Below are positions 44,186 through 55,300 of a stretch of DNA of 64,000 nucleotides, piece after piece. The notes beneath the pieces are model-generated. The model saw only the letters and a list, made by a program, of their open reading frames with translations. It was not told where the DNA came from and ran no database searches. Both the position numbers and the translations under genes were made by a program. Each line of letters begins with the position of its first letter. Positions within the stretch are counted from its first letter, which is position 1. Where the stretch lies: contig JAZNGE010000009.1 in assembly GCA_045576315.1 (NCBI GenBank), forward strand, positions 86,114-150,113. Direction: 5' to 3'. This DNA comes from Eubacteriales bacterium. Lineage in GTDB: Bacteria; Bacillota; Clostridia; Oscillospirales; CAG-272.

Positions 44186-46543
44186 ATGTTTTATATTAGC
44201 ACCAGAAATGAAAAAATAAACAAATCTGCAGCCGAAGCAATACTTATGGGCATTGCTGAGGACGGCGGACTTTACATTCCTAATGATTTAAAATCAGCCT
44301 CTTTCCCCATGGAAAAGCTCCTTACCCTCACGGAAAAGGAAATATCAGCCACCGTGCTTTCCCTGCTTTTCTCTGACGGATCGTTGTTTGATTCTGATAT
44401 AAACAAATTCATATCTGCCGTTTCGAAAGCATATGACGGCAAATTTGAAAACGGGGATTTCGCTCCTGTGGCTAAGGTAGGAGATGCCTTTGTTATGGAG
44501 TTGTATCACGGCCCTACCTGCGCATTCAAGGACGTAGCGTTACAGCTTTTACCGCACCTTATATCAGAGGCAAAAAGATCAGTCGGCATGACCGACGATA
44601 TCGTAATACTCACCGCAACAAGTGGCGACACCGGAAGTGCTGCACTCGAAGGCTTCTCCGATATTCCGGGCATCAAGATAGTGGTTTTCTACCCTAAGCA
44701 TGGCACCAGCGCAGTCCAAGAAAGACAGATGGTATCATGCGCAGGAAAGAATACCTGCGTATGCGCCGTAGAGGGCAACTTTGATGATGCACAAAGCGGC
44801 GTTAAGCATATATTTAATACTTTAAAGCTTCCTGAAGGTGTAAAGCTATCGAGCGCGAACTCCATAAACATAGGCAGACTTGCACCGCAGATCGCGTATT
44901 ACTTCAAAAGCTACCGAGATCTTGTTAATCACTGTGAAATAAAATTCGGCGACAAATTGAACTTTATAGTTCCCACAGGCAATTTCGGTGATATACTTGC
45001 CGGATATTTCGCAAAGCAGATGGGACTTCCTGTGGCAAAGCTCGTATGCGCTTCAAACAAAAACAATGTTTTGACCGAGTTTTTCAAGACGGGCGTTTAC
45101 GATAAAAATCGCGAATTTCACATCACAAAGTCCCCTTCTATGGATATTCTCATATCCAGCAATCTTGAAAGATTGCTTTATTTCGTTTGCGGCAGCGAAA
45201 AGTGCAAGCAATACATGGCTGATTTAGCAAAATTCGGCAGATACGAAATAACAGCAGAAGAACTCTCGAAAATACGCGAAGTGTTCGATGCGGATTGTGC
45301 GGATGACGAGGACACCTACACTACCATTAAGAGCGTTTACGAAAAGCACGGATATCTGATAGACACACACACAGCGGTAGCTTGGAACGTGTATGAAAAA
45401 TGGGAGAAGGAAAATTCAAGCGAATGCAAAAGCGTTATACTTTCTACTGCATCCGCATACAAGTTTTCTTCCGGAGTGCTTCACTCGCTCGGCCTAGAGT
45501 GCCCTAATGAATTTGATGCGATCGACATTCTTGCCAAGCGTACGGGAATCAGACCGCCAAAGGTTATCTCGGATATCAGAAATAAAAAGATAATACACTC
45601 TAACACGATAAAAAAAGAAAGCATGCCAACTCTCGTCGAGAGTATAATACGCAGAAACAAAGTTATCATCAGAGTGCCCGCAACATCCGCAAACCTCGGT
45701 TCAGGTTTTGACTGCACGGGTATAGCATTTAGAAAATATGACGTTTTTTCATTTGAGAAAACTGATAAAAGCGTAGAATTTGAAAACTTCGATATTGCTT
45801 TCTCCAACGAGGAAAACCTTGCATATGTAGCTTACAAAAAAGTATGCGATACGATAGGCTGCGATGCTTTTGTGAAGATAAGGAGCATTCGAACAGATAT
45901 ACCTATAACTCGCGGCCTTGGCTCTTCTGCCGCGCTGATAGTAGCGGGAGCATATGCAGCAAACGTTCTTACAGGGCAAAAACTCTCGTTGCAACAAATA
46001 TTTGAAATCTGCAATTCGATAGAGGGGCATCCCGATAATATAGCGCCTGCGCTTTTCGGTGGGTTGTGCACGTCGATAGTTGCAAACGGCGAGCCGAAAG
46101 CACAAAAATATTCAGTATTGGATGCAATATGTTTTACGGCTATAATCCCCGATTTTAAAGTTGACACAAAGGTCGCCAGAGCTGTTCTGCCCCAAAATAT
46201 ATCACGAGATGATGCTATTTTTAACATGCAGAGAGTTGCGCTACTTCCATACGCATTTGAGCATGGCAACCCCGAGCTCATAAAGCTTGTTACGGAAGAC
46301 CGCCTACATGAAAGCTATCGCAAGCCCCTGTTTAAAAATCTTAATCAAGTAGAAAAAGCGGCATACGAATGCGGCGCTATCTCATTCACCGTAAGCGGTG
46401 CGGGACCTACTTGCCTAGCATTTTCAACATCACCAATAGCAAATCAACTTAACGAAAAAATATCAATTTTAGAAAACAACTGGGTCGCGTTAAGCGTTTC
46501 GGTCGATAATGAAGGAGCGAAAGAAATTTATGACGAACAATAA
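44186..46543 (+). CDS. thrC-thrB: fused threonine synthase (N-terminal ~479 aa) and homoserine kinase (C-terminal ~306 aa) in one reading frame
   Basis: 785 aa. The ThrC part has the PLP Lys context PTCAFKD and TSGDTGSA. The ThrB part has VPATSANLGSGFDC and the GHMP motif RGLGSSAA. There is no stop between them, and an internal in-frame ATG lies at 45623. The start ATG at 44186 has RBS AAGAGGTGA. Confidence 0.9.
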   Translation: MFYISTRNEKINKSAAEAILMGIAEDGGLYIPNDLKSASFPMEKLLTLTEKEISATVLSLLFSDGSLFDSDINKFISAVSKAYDGKFENGDFAPVAKVGDAFVMELYHGPTCAFKDVALQLLPHLISEAKRSVGMTDDIVILTATSGDTGSAALEGFSDIPGIKIVVFYPKHGTSAVQERQMVSCAGKNTCVCAVEGNFDDAQSGVKHIFNTLKLPEGVKLSSANSINIGRLAPQIAYYFKSYRDLVNHCEIKFGDKLNFIVPTGNFGDILAGYFAKQMGLPVAKLVCASNKNNVLTEFFKTGVYDKNREFHITKSPSMDILISSNLERLLYFVCGSEKCKQYMADLAKFGRYEITAEELSKIREVFDADCADDEDTYTTIKSVYEKHGYLIDTHTAVAWNVYEKWEKENSSECKSVILSTASAYKFSSGVLHSLGLECPNEFDAIDILAKRTGIRPPKVISDIRNKKIIHSNTIKKESMPTLVESIIRRNKVIIRVPATSANLGSGFDCTGIAFRKYDVFSFEKTDKSVEFENFDIAFSNEENLAYVAYKKVCDTIGCDAFVKIRSIRTDIPITRGLGSSAALIVAGAYAANVLTGQKLSLQQIFEICNSIEGHPDNIAPALFGGLCTSIVANGEPKAQKYSVLDAICFTAIIPDFKVDTKVARAVLPQNISRDDAIFNMQRVALLPYAFEHGNPELIKLVTEDRLHESYRKPLFKNLNQVEKAAYECGAISFTVSGAGPTCLAFSTSPIANQLNEKISILENNWVALSVSVDNEGAKEIYDEQ

Positions 46544-46970
46544 GTATCTTCTGGTTGACAAAAGTATTCTGCCGCCTTATTTTGAAAAGGTTATCGAAGC
46601 ACGTGAGCTGCTAGCCGGGGGCGTCACCAAGGACGTTTCCAAAGCAGTAAAAATGGTAGGCATATCTCGAAGCACCTACTACAAATACAAAGACTATGTT
46701 TTTGCTACAAACTCCACTCTTGACGGTCGAAAGGCTATCATTTCATTTACGCTTTCCCACAAGCCCGGAATACTTAGCAAGGTTTTGACCATGCTTTCGG
46801 AAAACGGTGCTAACATACTTACCATAACGCAAAACCTTCCCATCAATTCAAGAGCGCACGTAATACTCACGCTCGATGTATCTACCCTCATCTGCGAGGT
46901 TGACGATCTTGTCAAGCAAATCAACAAAATTGAAAAGGTAGGCGGAGCCAAGCTTATCTCAATTGAATAA
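46530..46970 (+). CDS. ACT-domain protein of the UPF0735/PheB type with an N-terminal HTH-like segment
   Basis: 146 aa with VGISRSTYYKYKDYVF, then an ACT fold (ISFTLSHKPGILSKVLTMLSENGANILTITQ). Overlaps the thrC-thrB stop. Confidence 0.85.
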   Translation: MTNNKYLLVDKSILPPYFEKVIEARELLAGGVTKDVSKAVKMVGISRSTYYKYKDYVFATNSTLDGRKAIISFTLSHKPGILSKVLTMLSENGANILTITQNLPINSRAHVILTLDVSTLICEVDDLVKQINKIEKVGGAKLISIE

Positions 46971-46974
46971 AATT

Positions 46975-46999
46975 CAGCCCTCCCTCAGTGGGAGGGCTG
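46975..46999. terminator. bidirectional terminator (the ACT gene and leuS converge here)
   Basis: CAGCCCTCCC/GGGAGGGCTG, 10-bp stem with a 5-nt loop. Confidence 0.8.
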
Positions 47000-47006
47000 T
47001 TATTAT

Positions 47007-49409
47007 TTACTTTACAACAATATTTACGATTTTGCCGGGAACTACGATTTCCTTTACTACTGTCTTACCGTCAAGTGCCGCAGCGACCTTCTCGTCTATG
47101 CGAGCGATCGAAAGAACAGTATCCTTGTCAGCATCCTTAGCTACCGTAATAACACCCTTAACCTTACCGTTGATCTGTACGGGCATTTCAACAGTATTGT
47201 CAACAGTCTTTGCCTCGTCGTATACAGGCCACTCGGCAAGAGATACAAGTCCCTCGCAGCCAAGAGTCTCGTAAATTTCCTCTGCGAGATGAGGTGCAAA
47301 GGGAGAAAGCAGGCGTGCAAGAACTGCAAGCTCTGTCTTGGTGATCTTGCCAACCTCGTAAACGGTGTTAAGAGTTCCCATCATAGCTGCGATTGCGGTG
47401 TTAAACTTCATCGCATCGATATCCTCAGTCACCTTCTTGATCAGCTTATGAATATGCTTTTCAAGCTCGGGAGTGAAGCCTTCACCATCAACTATATCGA
47501 GAAGATTGTAGAATCTCTCAAGGAATCTCTTACAACCCTTGATCGACTGGGTATTCCAAGGAGCAGACTGCTCAAAGTCACCGATGAACATCTCGTAAAG
47601 ACGCATAGTGTCGGCGCCGTAATCTCTGATTATATCATCGGGGTTTACAACGTTACCGCGAGATTTGGACATTTTCTCGCCGTTTTCTCCAAGGATCATA
47701 CCATGGCTTGTACGCTTCATGTAAGGCTCATTCTGCGGAAGAACGTCGATATCGTAGAGGAACTTAGACCAGAAACGAGAATAAAGAAGGTGCAAGGTCG
47801 TATGCTCCATACCGCCGTTGTACCAATCAACAGGCATCCAATATTCAAGTGCCTCTCTGGATGCAAGCTCCTTGTCATTGTGAGGATCGCAATATCTGAG
47901 GAAGTACCAGGAAGATCCTGCCCACTGAGGCATAGTATCGGTTTCGCGCTTTGCGGGACCCTTACATCTGGGACAAGAACAGTTTACCCAATCAGTCATA
48001 AGAGAAAGAGGAGATTCTCCGTTTTCGGTAGGCTCATAGGACTCAACCTCGGGAAGCTCAACGGGAAGCTGATCTTCGGGAATGGCTACCCAGCCGCACT
48101 TTTCGCAATTTACAAGAGGAATAGGCTCGCCCCAGTATCTCTGTCTTGAGAATACCCAGTCACGAAGCTTAAAATTAACACGCTCAGTACCGATACCCTT
48201 TTCTTCAAGGAACTTGATCATAGCAGCTTTCGCATCAGCGACGTCAAGTCCGTTAAGGAATCCGGAATTTACAAGCTTACCGGTTGCAACGTCGGTAAAT
48301 GCCTCATTCTGTACATCGCCGCCGGCAACAACCTCGATGATAGGAAGGTCGAATTTCTTAGCAAACTCCCAGTCGCGCTCATCATGAGCAGGAACTGCCA
48401 TAATAGCACCTGTTCCGTATCCTGCAAGAACGTAATCGGATACAAAGATCGGAATTTCCTTGCCGGTAGCAGGATTGATCGCTCTGACGCCCTTAATCTC
48501 GACACCGGTCTTTTCCTTAACAAGCTCGGTTCTCTCGAAGTCGGACTTTTTGGAAGCGGCAACCTTGTATGCCTCAAGCTCGGGGAGATTGGTGATTACC
48601 GAGCTCCACTTCTCTATCATTTCGTGCTCGGGTGCTATTACCATATAGGTAGCGCCAAAAAGAGTATCGCATCTTGTAGTGTATACTCTAAGCTTGTCAC
48701 CGGTAGTGGTAGCAAAATCGATCTCTGCGCCGTTGGACTTGCCTATCCAGTTGATCTGCTGGGTCTTAACACGTTCGATGTAGTCAAGTCCGTCAAGATC
48801 GGATATAAGTCTGTCTGCATACTCGGTGATCTTAAGCATCCACTGGCTCTTTACCTTGCGTATTACAGCAGACTGACATCTTTCACAAACACCGTTGACA
48901 ACCTCTTCGTTTGCGAGAACTACCTTACAAGAGGTACAGAAGTTTACTGCCATCTCCTTTTTGTAAGCAAGTCCCTTTTCGAAGAGCTTAAGGAATATCC
49001 ACTGTGTCCACTTATAGTAGTTAGGATCGGTGGTATTGATCTCTCTGGACCAATCGAAAGAAAGGCCAAGAGCCTTAAGCTGCGACTTAAAGCGCGCAAC
49101 GTTTCTTTCGGTAACTATTTTAGGATGTATTTTATTCTTTATAGCAAAATTCTCAGTAGGCAGACCAAAAGCGTCCCAGCCCATAGGGAAAAGAACGTTG
49201 TATCCCTGCATTCTCTTCTTTCTTGAAACTATATCAAGAGCGGTATAAGGGCGAGGGTGACCAACGTGCAAGCCCTGTCCCGAGGGATACGGGAACTCTA
49301 CAAGAGCAAAGTATTTAGGGAGCGTATAGTCCTGTTTTGCAGAAAAAGCCTGTGCCTCATCCCATTTCTGCTGCCATTTTTCTTCGATTTTCTTATAATT
49401 GTAATTCAT
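47007..49409 (-). CDS. leuS: leucine--tRNA ligase
   Basis: 800 aa with HVGHP (HIGH), KMSKS and the CP1 editing domain. Confidence 0.98.
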   Translation of the reverse strand: MNYNYKKIEEKWQQKWDEAQAFSAKQDYTLPKYFALVEFPYPSGQGLHVGHPRPYTALDIVSRKKRMQGYNVLFPMGWDAFGLPTENFAIKNKIHPKIVTERNVARFKSQLKALGLSFDWSREINTTDPNYYKWTQWIFLKLFEKGLAYKKEMAVNFCTSCKVVLANEEVVNGVCERCQSAVIRKVKSQWMLKITEYADRLISDLDGLDYIERVKTQQINWIGKSNGAEIDFATTTGDKLRVYTTRCDTLFGATYMVIAPEHEMIEKWSSVITNLPELEAYKVAASKKSDFERTELVKEKTGVEIKGVRAINPATGKEIPIFVSDYVLAGYGTGAIMAVPAHDERDWEFAKKFDLPIIEVVAGGDVQNEAFTDVATGKLVNSGFLNGLDVADAKAAMIKFLEEKGIGTERVNFKLRDWVFSRQRYWGEPIPLVNCEKCGWVAIPEDQLPVELPEVESYEPTENGESPLSLMTDWVNCSCPRCKGPAKRETDTMPQWAGSSWYFLRYCDPHNDKELASREALEYWMPVDWYNGGMEHTTLHLLYSRFWSKFLYDIDVLPQNEPYMKRTSHGMILGENGEKMSKSRGNVVNPDDIIRDYGADTMRLYEMFIGDFEQSAPWNTQSIKGCKRFLERFYNLLDIVDGEGFTPELEKHIHKLIKKVTEDIDAMKFNTAIAAMMGTLNTVYEVGKITKTELAVLARLLSPFAPHLAEEIYETLGCEGLVSLAEWPVYDEAKTVDNTVEMPVQINGKVKGVITVAKDADKDTVLSIARIDEKVAAALDGKTVVKEIVVPGKIVNIVVK

Positions 49410-49412
49410 TTT

Positions 49413-49835
49413 TTATTCCTCGATGCTATTGATTTTAAGTTTGTCGTCAACTCGCTTGACGATGTGGGAAATATCTTTCTCTGAACCTGCGGGCATAAGC
49501 CTGTCAAGGTTATAAAACTCTCTTGACTCCTTATCGAATACATTTACGATAACGTCGCCGTAATCTACCAGGATCCACGCATTACCGCGCTTTCCCTCGA
49601 TTCTTAAAGCATCCTTTCCCTGCTCGGAAAGCTTGAATGCAACCTCATCAGCCAAAGCCGCTACCTGAGTGAGCGAGCGTCCGGTCACGTTAACGTAGTA
49701 ATCTGTAACGGGATTTTCTTCGCCAACCTCATATAGTCGCACGTCAAGTGCCTTCTTTTCTATTAGTACCGCTACTGCTGCCTCTGCAAGCGTAACAGAG
49801 TCCGCGTCGCGCAGTGTGTTGCTAATTGACTCCAT
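49413..49835 (-). CDS. rsfS: ribosome silencing factor RsfS
   Basis: 140 aa with TDYYVNVTGRS and WILVDYGDVIVNVF. Confidence 0.93.
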   Translation of the reverse strand: MESISNTLRDADSVTLAEAAVAVLIEKKALDVRLYEVGEENPVTDYYVNVTGRSLTQVAALADEVAFKLSEQGKDALRIEGKRGNAWILVDYGDVIVNVFDKESREFYNLDRLMPAGSEKDISHIVKRVDDKLKINSIEE

Positions 49836-49912
49836 TTAAAATCACCTTTCTCCACTCTGGGGATATTGCGTTTAAACGCTATATTTATTTTCACACCTTC
49901 ATAGTGCGAAAG

Positions 49913-50530
49913 CTAATGAATCTTGGATACCAAGACATCTTTGGCATGTAATGACCTCGGATTGACGATTTTTCCCTTTTCCAAAAGGTTCTTGCACGTG
50001 CAATCTATCGACATAACGCATGCCTTATGCAAAACATTTATATTACCGTCATAATCACCGTCAACCAGCGACGACAGTATAAATTCGCGTGTTCGCACAC
50101 AATCCTTATATGTGCGTCCTTCCTCTATATAGTCTGCAAGAAATATTATTTCGTCAAAAACAGACATAGCGGCATCGCCGACCGTGTGATTTGCTACCGC
50201 AGACAGAACGTCGGGCGTTGCAAATTCCGGAAACTCGTTTTTTACAACATACGGAGCAACGTAAGAATGAAGCACCGAAGATGTATCGGCTGATGTAAGA
50301 ATAATATGCTCATCGTTGATGATACGCATATACTCCTCAAACGTAAGCTCCTTTGCGATATCGTGAAGGAGTGCTGCAACCTCCAGCTCGTTCTTTTTAT
50401 CCGGCAAGCAATAATCTGCCAATATTTCTGCCATACGGCACACGCCAAGCGTATGCTCAAATCTCTTTTGAGAAAGACGGTTCTCTACCTTGAGCGCCAA
50501 TGCTTCGCGCTCTATATGTCCAAACCTCAT
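49913..50530 (-). CDS. yqeK: HD-domain bis(5'-nucleosyl)-tetraphosphatase YqeK
   Basis: 205 aa with RFEHTLGV and LLHDIAK (HD). Overlaps nadD. Confidence 0.9.
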   Translation of the reverse strand: MRFGHIEREALALKVENRLSQKRFEHTLGVCRMAEILADYCLPDKKNELEVAALLHDIAKELTFEEYMRIINDEHIILTSADTSSVLHSYVAPYVVKNEFPEFATPDVLSAVANHTVGDAAMSVFDEIIFLADYIEEGRTYKDCVRTREFILSSLVDGDYDGNINVLHKACVMSIDCTCKNLLEKGKIVNPRSLHAKDVLVSKIH

Positions 50531-51138
50531 GTGTACAAACCTTCTCGCTTGATATATTGCATTACAGACTCCGGTATTGCATCACTTACACCGCAAGAGG
50601 ATAATGATGCTCGCACCTCGGTTGACGAAAGTTCAACCGTATCCATCTGAACGGGGATAATTCGTGCGCCGTACTTGCGCTGATAAAGCTCGGTGCATCT
50701 ATCTATCTCGGCATCAAGTGCTTTATCCGACTCACGTCTTACGTAGCATATGGTCGCCAAATTGAATATCGTAGCCGGTGAGTACCAACTATCAAGTGTG
50801 AGGAACATATCCGTGCCGCAAAGAAAATACAGATCACAACCGGTTTTGGAAAGCTCGGTAAGTGTGTTGGCTGTATAGCTTTTGCCGCCACGCGCAATCT
50901 CCATATCGGAAATTAAAACGTTTTTGATATGTGAAAATGCAAGATGGCACATTTCAAGCCTTTGAGCAGGTGTAACAGTCCCGGCAAAGCTCTTGTGCGG
51001 CGGTATAAAGTCCGGAATTATCATAAGAGTATCAGGATCAATATGCTTTGAAAAAGCTTCTGCCGCTGCAACGTGAGCAATGTGAGGCGGATTGAACGTT
51101 CCGCCAAAAATTCCTATGCTTTTAGCATTTGAACTCAA
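50527..51138 (-). CDS. nadD: nicotinate-nucleotide adenylyltransferase
   Basis: 203 aa with GGTFNPPHIAH and the SSTEVR motif. Confidence 0.94.
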   Translation of the reverse strand: MSSNAKSIGIFGGTFNPPHIAHVAAAEAFSKHIDPDTLMIIPDFIPPHKSFAGTVTPAQRLEMCHLAFSHIKNVLISDMEIARGGKSYTANTLTELSKTGCDLYFLCGTDMFLTLDSWYSPATIFNLATICYVRRESDKALDAEIDRCTELYQRKYGARIIPVQMDTVELSSTEVRASLSSCGVSDAIPESVMQYIKREGLYT

Positions 51139-51422
51139 AGCTCGATCCTCTTTTTCTTTTGAGATTCTTTATACAGAACAAAGCGTGTTCCAACGCAAGA
51201 AACAACATCGCACGAAATAGCCTCTGCTATTTCATTTGCTGCCTCCTTTGCGGTGTATCCGCTATTATCAAGAACGCGCGCCTTTATAAGCTCGCGAGCT
51301 TCGAGGGCATTACCGATTTGAGTACAGATCTCTTCGGTTATACCTCCCTTGCCGATTTGAAATATCGTATCAAGGTTCTGCGAAAGAGAGCGAAGATATG
51401 CTCTTTGCTTACTTGTTATCAT
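51135..51422 (-). CDS. yhbY: ribosome assembly RNA-binding protein YhbY (CRM domain)
   Basis: 95 aa with [25 protein letters not shown]. Confidence 0.9.
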   Translation of the reverse strand: MITSKQRAYLRSLSQNLDTIFQIGKGGITEEICTQIGNALEARELIKARVLDNSGYTAKEAANEIAEAISCDVVSCVGTRFVLYKESQKKKRIEL

Positions 51423-52336
51423 GCTTCATCCCTTTCAAAAAGCGCACTTGCGAATTCTGATGCGCTGAACGGCTTCATATCATCAATTTTTTCACCGATA
51501 CCGATGAACTTAACGGGAATTCCGAGCTCCTGCTTTATAGAGAGGACGATGCCGCCCTTTGCCGTACCGTCAAGCTTAGTAAGCACAAGACCGGTAATCT
51601 TCGAAGCCTCCTTGAATTCCTTTGCTTGAAGAACAGCGTTCTGACCCGTGGTCGCATCGAGAACCAAAAGAGTTTCCTTTGCGGCATCGGGGAGCTCTCG
51701 CGCGATGACTCTGTCGATCTTAGAAAGCTCGTCCATAAGGTTCTTCTTGTTATGAAGTCGTCCTGCGGTATCTATGATAAGAACGTCCGCGCCACGACTC
51801 TTGACTGCACCGATCGCATCGAAAACAACGGATGCGGGATCTGCTCCGGCGCCCTGCTTTATAATATCAACACCGGCACGATCGCACCATACAGACAGCT
51901 GTTCTGCTGCTGCGGCACGGAAGGTATCCGCCGCCGCAACAACGACTTTTTTGCCACGCGATTTCAATTCTGCCGAGATTTTTCCTATGGATGTAGTCTT
52001 TCCTACTCCATTTACGCCAATGACAAGAATAACGGACGGCTTGGTAGAAAGGTTAAGCGGCTCATGCTCGCCAACCATTTCGCGAAGGATAGCAAAAAGC
52101 TCTTCCTTAACCAGCTCGGAATCTTTAATGTTCTTGTCCTTAACGACATCGCGCAATCTATCGAGTATTTCCTCGGTAACATAGACACCTATATCGGCAG
52201 AAATAAGTGCCTCTTCAAGTTCTTCAAAAAGCTCTTCATCGACCTTTCTGAAGCTTTTAACTATATTATCTATTTTGCCAACTATGGCATTTTTAGTCTT
52301 GTTAAGACCGCTTTTGAGTTTATCAAAGAACCCCAT
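51419..52336 (-). CDS. ftsY: signal recognition particle receptor FtsY
   Basis: [11 protein letters not shown] start (RBS GAAGGAG) and NG domain with [14 protein letters not shown] and TKLDG. Confidence 0.95.
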   Translation of the reverse strand: MGFFDKLKSGLNKTKNAIVGKIDNIVKSFRKVDEELFEELEEALISADIGVYVTEEILDRLRDVVKDKNIKDSELVKEELFAILREMVGEHEPLNLSTKPSVILVIGVNGVGKTTSIGKISAELKSRGKKVVVAAADTFRAAAAEQLSVWCDRAGVDIIKQGAGADPASVVFDAIGAVKSRGADVLIIDTAGRLHNKKNLMDELSKIDRVIARELPDAAKETLLVLDATTGQNAVLQAKEFKEASKITGLVLTKLDGTAKGGIVLSIKQELGIPVKFIGIGEKIDDMKPFSASEFASALFERDEA

Positions 52337-55300
52337 CCAACAGCTCCTTCTGCTTTCCTTCAATTTCCTGAACATCAAGCTCTATGGCCTGAGATATACC
52401 GCGCTGCGGCATCGTTACACCGTAAAGTCGGTCACCGATCTCCATAGTACCACGGCGGTGTGTGATAAGAATAAACTGGGTTCCGTCGTCAAAACGCTTG
52501 ATATATTCACCGAATCTGAATACGTTAACCTCATCAAGTGCCGCCTCAATCTCGTCGAGAATACAGAACGGCGTGGGGTTAACCTTCAGAATTGCGAACA
52601 GAAGCGCTATAGCAACGAAGGACTGCTCACCACCGGAAAGGAGCGCCAGGCTCTTGATGATCTTACCGGGAGGTGCGGCCTTGATTTCAATTCCGGACGT
52701 AAGGACATCCTCGGGATCGGTAAGCTGAAGCTCTGCATTACCGCCGCCGAACAGGTCTCTAAAGGTTATTCCGAAATTATGGTTGATAGCCTCAAATGCA
52801 GAAACGAAGCTCGTCCTCATTTCGCTTTCAATGCGGGCAATAATATCAACAAGCTCGGTATATGAGTTTGTAAGGTCGGTATACTGCGCATTAAGTGCAT
52901 CGTACCTTACCTTAACCTCTGCATATTCCTCTATCGCGGCAGGATTATAGCTACCCAATGCTCTCAAGCGATTCTTACAAGAGGTCTGAATAGCAGCTAC
53001 TTCTTCTCTGTTCTCTGCAGTTACAGGAGGATATTCAAGCTCTACTGCCTGATCGTATGTAATCTCATACTCGTCCCAAAGCTGATGTCCAAGCTTATCC
53101 TGCTTTTCCTTAAGCTGCTCAAAGCGGCTCTCTGCACGGAGTGTTGATTCCTGTACAACGCTTCTGCTTCTGTTCTTCTCATCCTTGCTCTCACGGATGG
53201 AACGAAGCTCGCGCTCGAATTCATCACCGCCCTTGTCGGTTTCGCTACGGAGCTGCATGAGCTCTTTGATTTTCTTTTCCAGTTCGAGATATTCCGCTTT
53301 GTTTTCAGCCTTGATATTATCAATGTTATCACGCTTCGAGGTAAGATCTCTGATTCTGGCATTTTGTACAGCCTTGTCACTCTCGTGCTCTGCAATACGA
53401 TCGTTAAAGCTATCGATCATCTGCTGTACGCTTTCGATGTCCTTGCGTGCTTCGGCAATAGAAATGTAGGTTTCGTTAGCCTTGCCTGCGAACTCGTCGC
53501 TCTTTTCATCGAGAACGCCCATTTCAGCGCCGCGCTTCAATCTGAAGTCCTTGAGTGCTGCTATGCGCTCAAGAGCGGCGGAATATTCACCCTCAAGTCG
53601 TTTGATCTCTTCCTCTGCTTCATTCTGCTGACCAATGAGATTATTGTAATCGTACTTGAGCTTTTCAAGTATATTACAGTTTGCTTCATACTTAGCATTC
53701 GCATTGTCAAGAGCGGCAAACTGAGAACGAGAAAGGGTAAGAAGAAGCTCTTTATCCTGCTCGGCTGCGTGGAGTGCATCCTGCGATGCAGAAAGCTCCT
53801 CGTTAATTTCGTTGATAGCCGCAACGGTATCATCGATCTTAGCGCTTAACTTTTCTGCCTTCTCGCGAAGTGTAGAAATCTCGGTAAGTCTTGTAAGTAT
53901 ACCGCTATCCTTTTTAGCACTACCGCCTGTGAACGCACCGCCCACGCTGATGAGCTGTCCGTCAAGCGTTACGATCTTTACACGGTAACGAAGCTTTTTA
54001 GCAGCAGCGGTAGCATTCTCGATCGTATCGAAAACTACGGTACGAAGAAGCAACCACTCGATAATAGATCTATACTTGTCATCCGTTTCAACAAGAGTAT
54101 CTGCGCGACCGACAAATCCGGGCATCTTCTTTGACTCACGAATCTCGTCAGTCTCACCCGCAGATCTGATGGCGCTGATAGGATAAAACGTAGCACGGCC
54201 TGCGTTGGCGCGCTTAAGTGCGCGTATTGCGGAGTTAGCAACCTCTTCGTTGTCAACTACGATATTCTGCAAGCTTGCGCCAAGTGAGGTCTCTATCGCT
54301 GTGATATACTGCTTTTCAACGTTTATAAGTGACGAAAGAGGACCGTAGATCTTGCCGCCGGATATGTTACCCTGATTGTACTCGCGCATTACAAATTTAA
54401 TGCTCTCGGCATATCCTTCAAAATGATCGTTCATTCGCTGGAGAACATCTGCGCGCTGAACCATCGTATCTCTTTCAAGCTTCAAGGAGTTGAGGCTCTC
54501 GTTTATTTCTTCACGCTCACCGATGAGCTGCTCGATTCGTTCGTTAGAAGATGCAATAACCTCGTCCTTCTCTGCTATCTTCACCTTAAAATCAGCTGCC
54601 GCAGTCTCGCAACGGTCTGCCTCTGCCTTAAGAGCCGCACCCGTCTTTTCGTATTCCTTTATCTCGTTCTCAATATCCTCGGATTTGGTATTATCATTGA
54701 CCTTGGAATTTTTAAGAACGCCTATTCTGACCTGAAGGTTACTAGCAGTTCCCTCCTCGACGGTAAGCTCATCCAACGCCTCATCGAGATCGTGCTTGAT
54801 TTTTGCGATCTCATCGATCAATCGTTGCTGCTCGGACAAGAACTCGAGTCTCTTATCCATAAGCGACTGCAAGGATTTCTCAAACTCGCTCTTCTTGTCA
54901 TCGTAGCCTTTTTTGTTTGCGCTGATAGACTCAATTGCTCTTTCTATTTCGACAATGCGCAATTTGCACTGCTCGATCATCTCTGCAGAGTGCGCAAAAT
55001 CAGAATCAGCCGTACGCAACGCGGTGTCAAGGCTACTTAATTTTTGGTTAGACTGAATTATCTGCTCGGAAAGCTCATGAGAAAGCGCACGGTTAGCCTG
55101 CGTTTTCTCGTAAAGGTTCTGCTCCTGCGCGTCAAGATCTACAATGATCTGATCTATGATCTCAAGCTCATGGTTAGCGAGCTTCCACGCCTTTTCAGCC
55201 TCTTCTATATCTACTCTTATTTTCTCTGTATCAAAGAGCCAAAGGGATACGTCTGCGCGCTTCTTTTCCTCGTAAATAGCAAGACCCTTACGTGCTTTTT

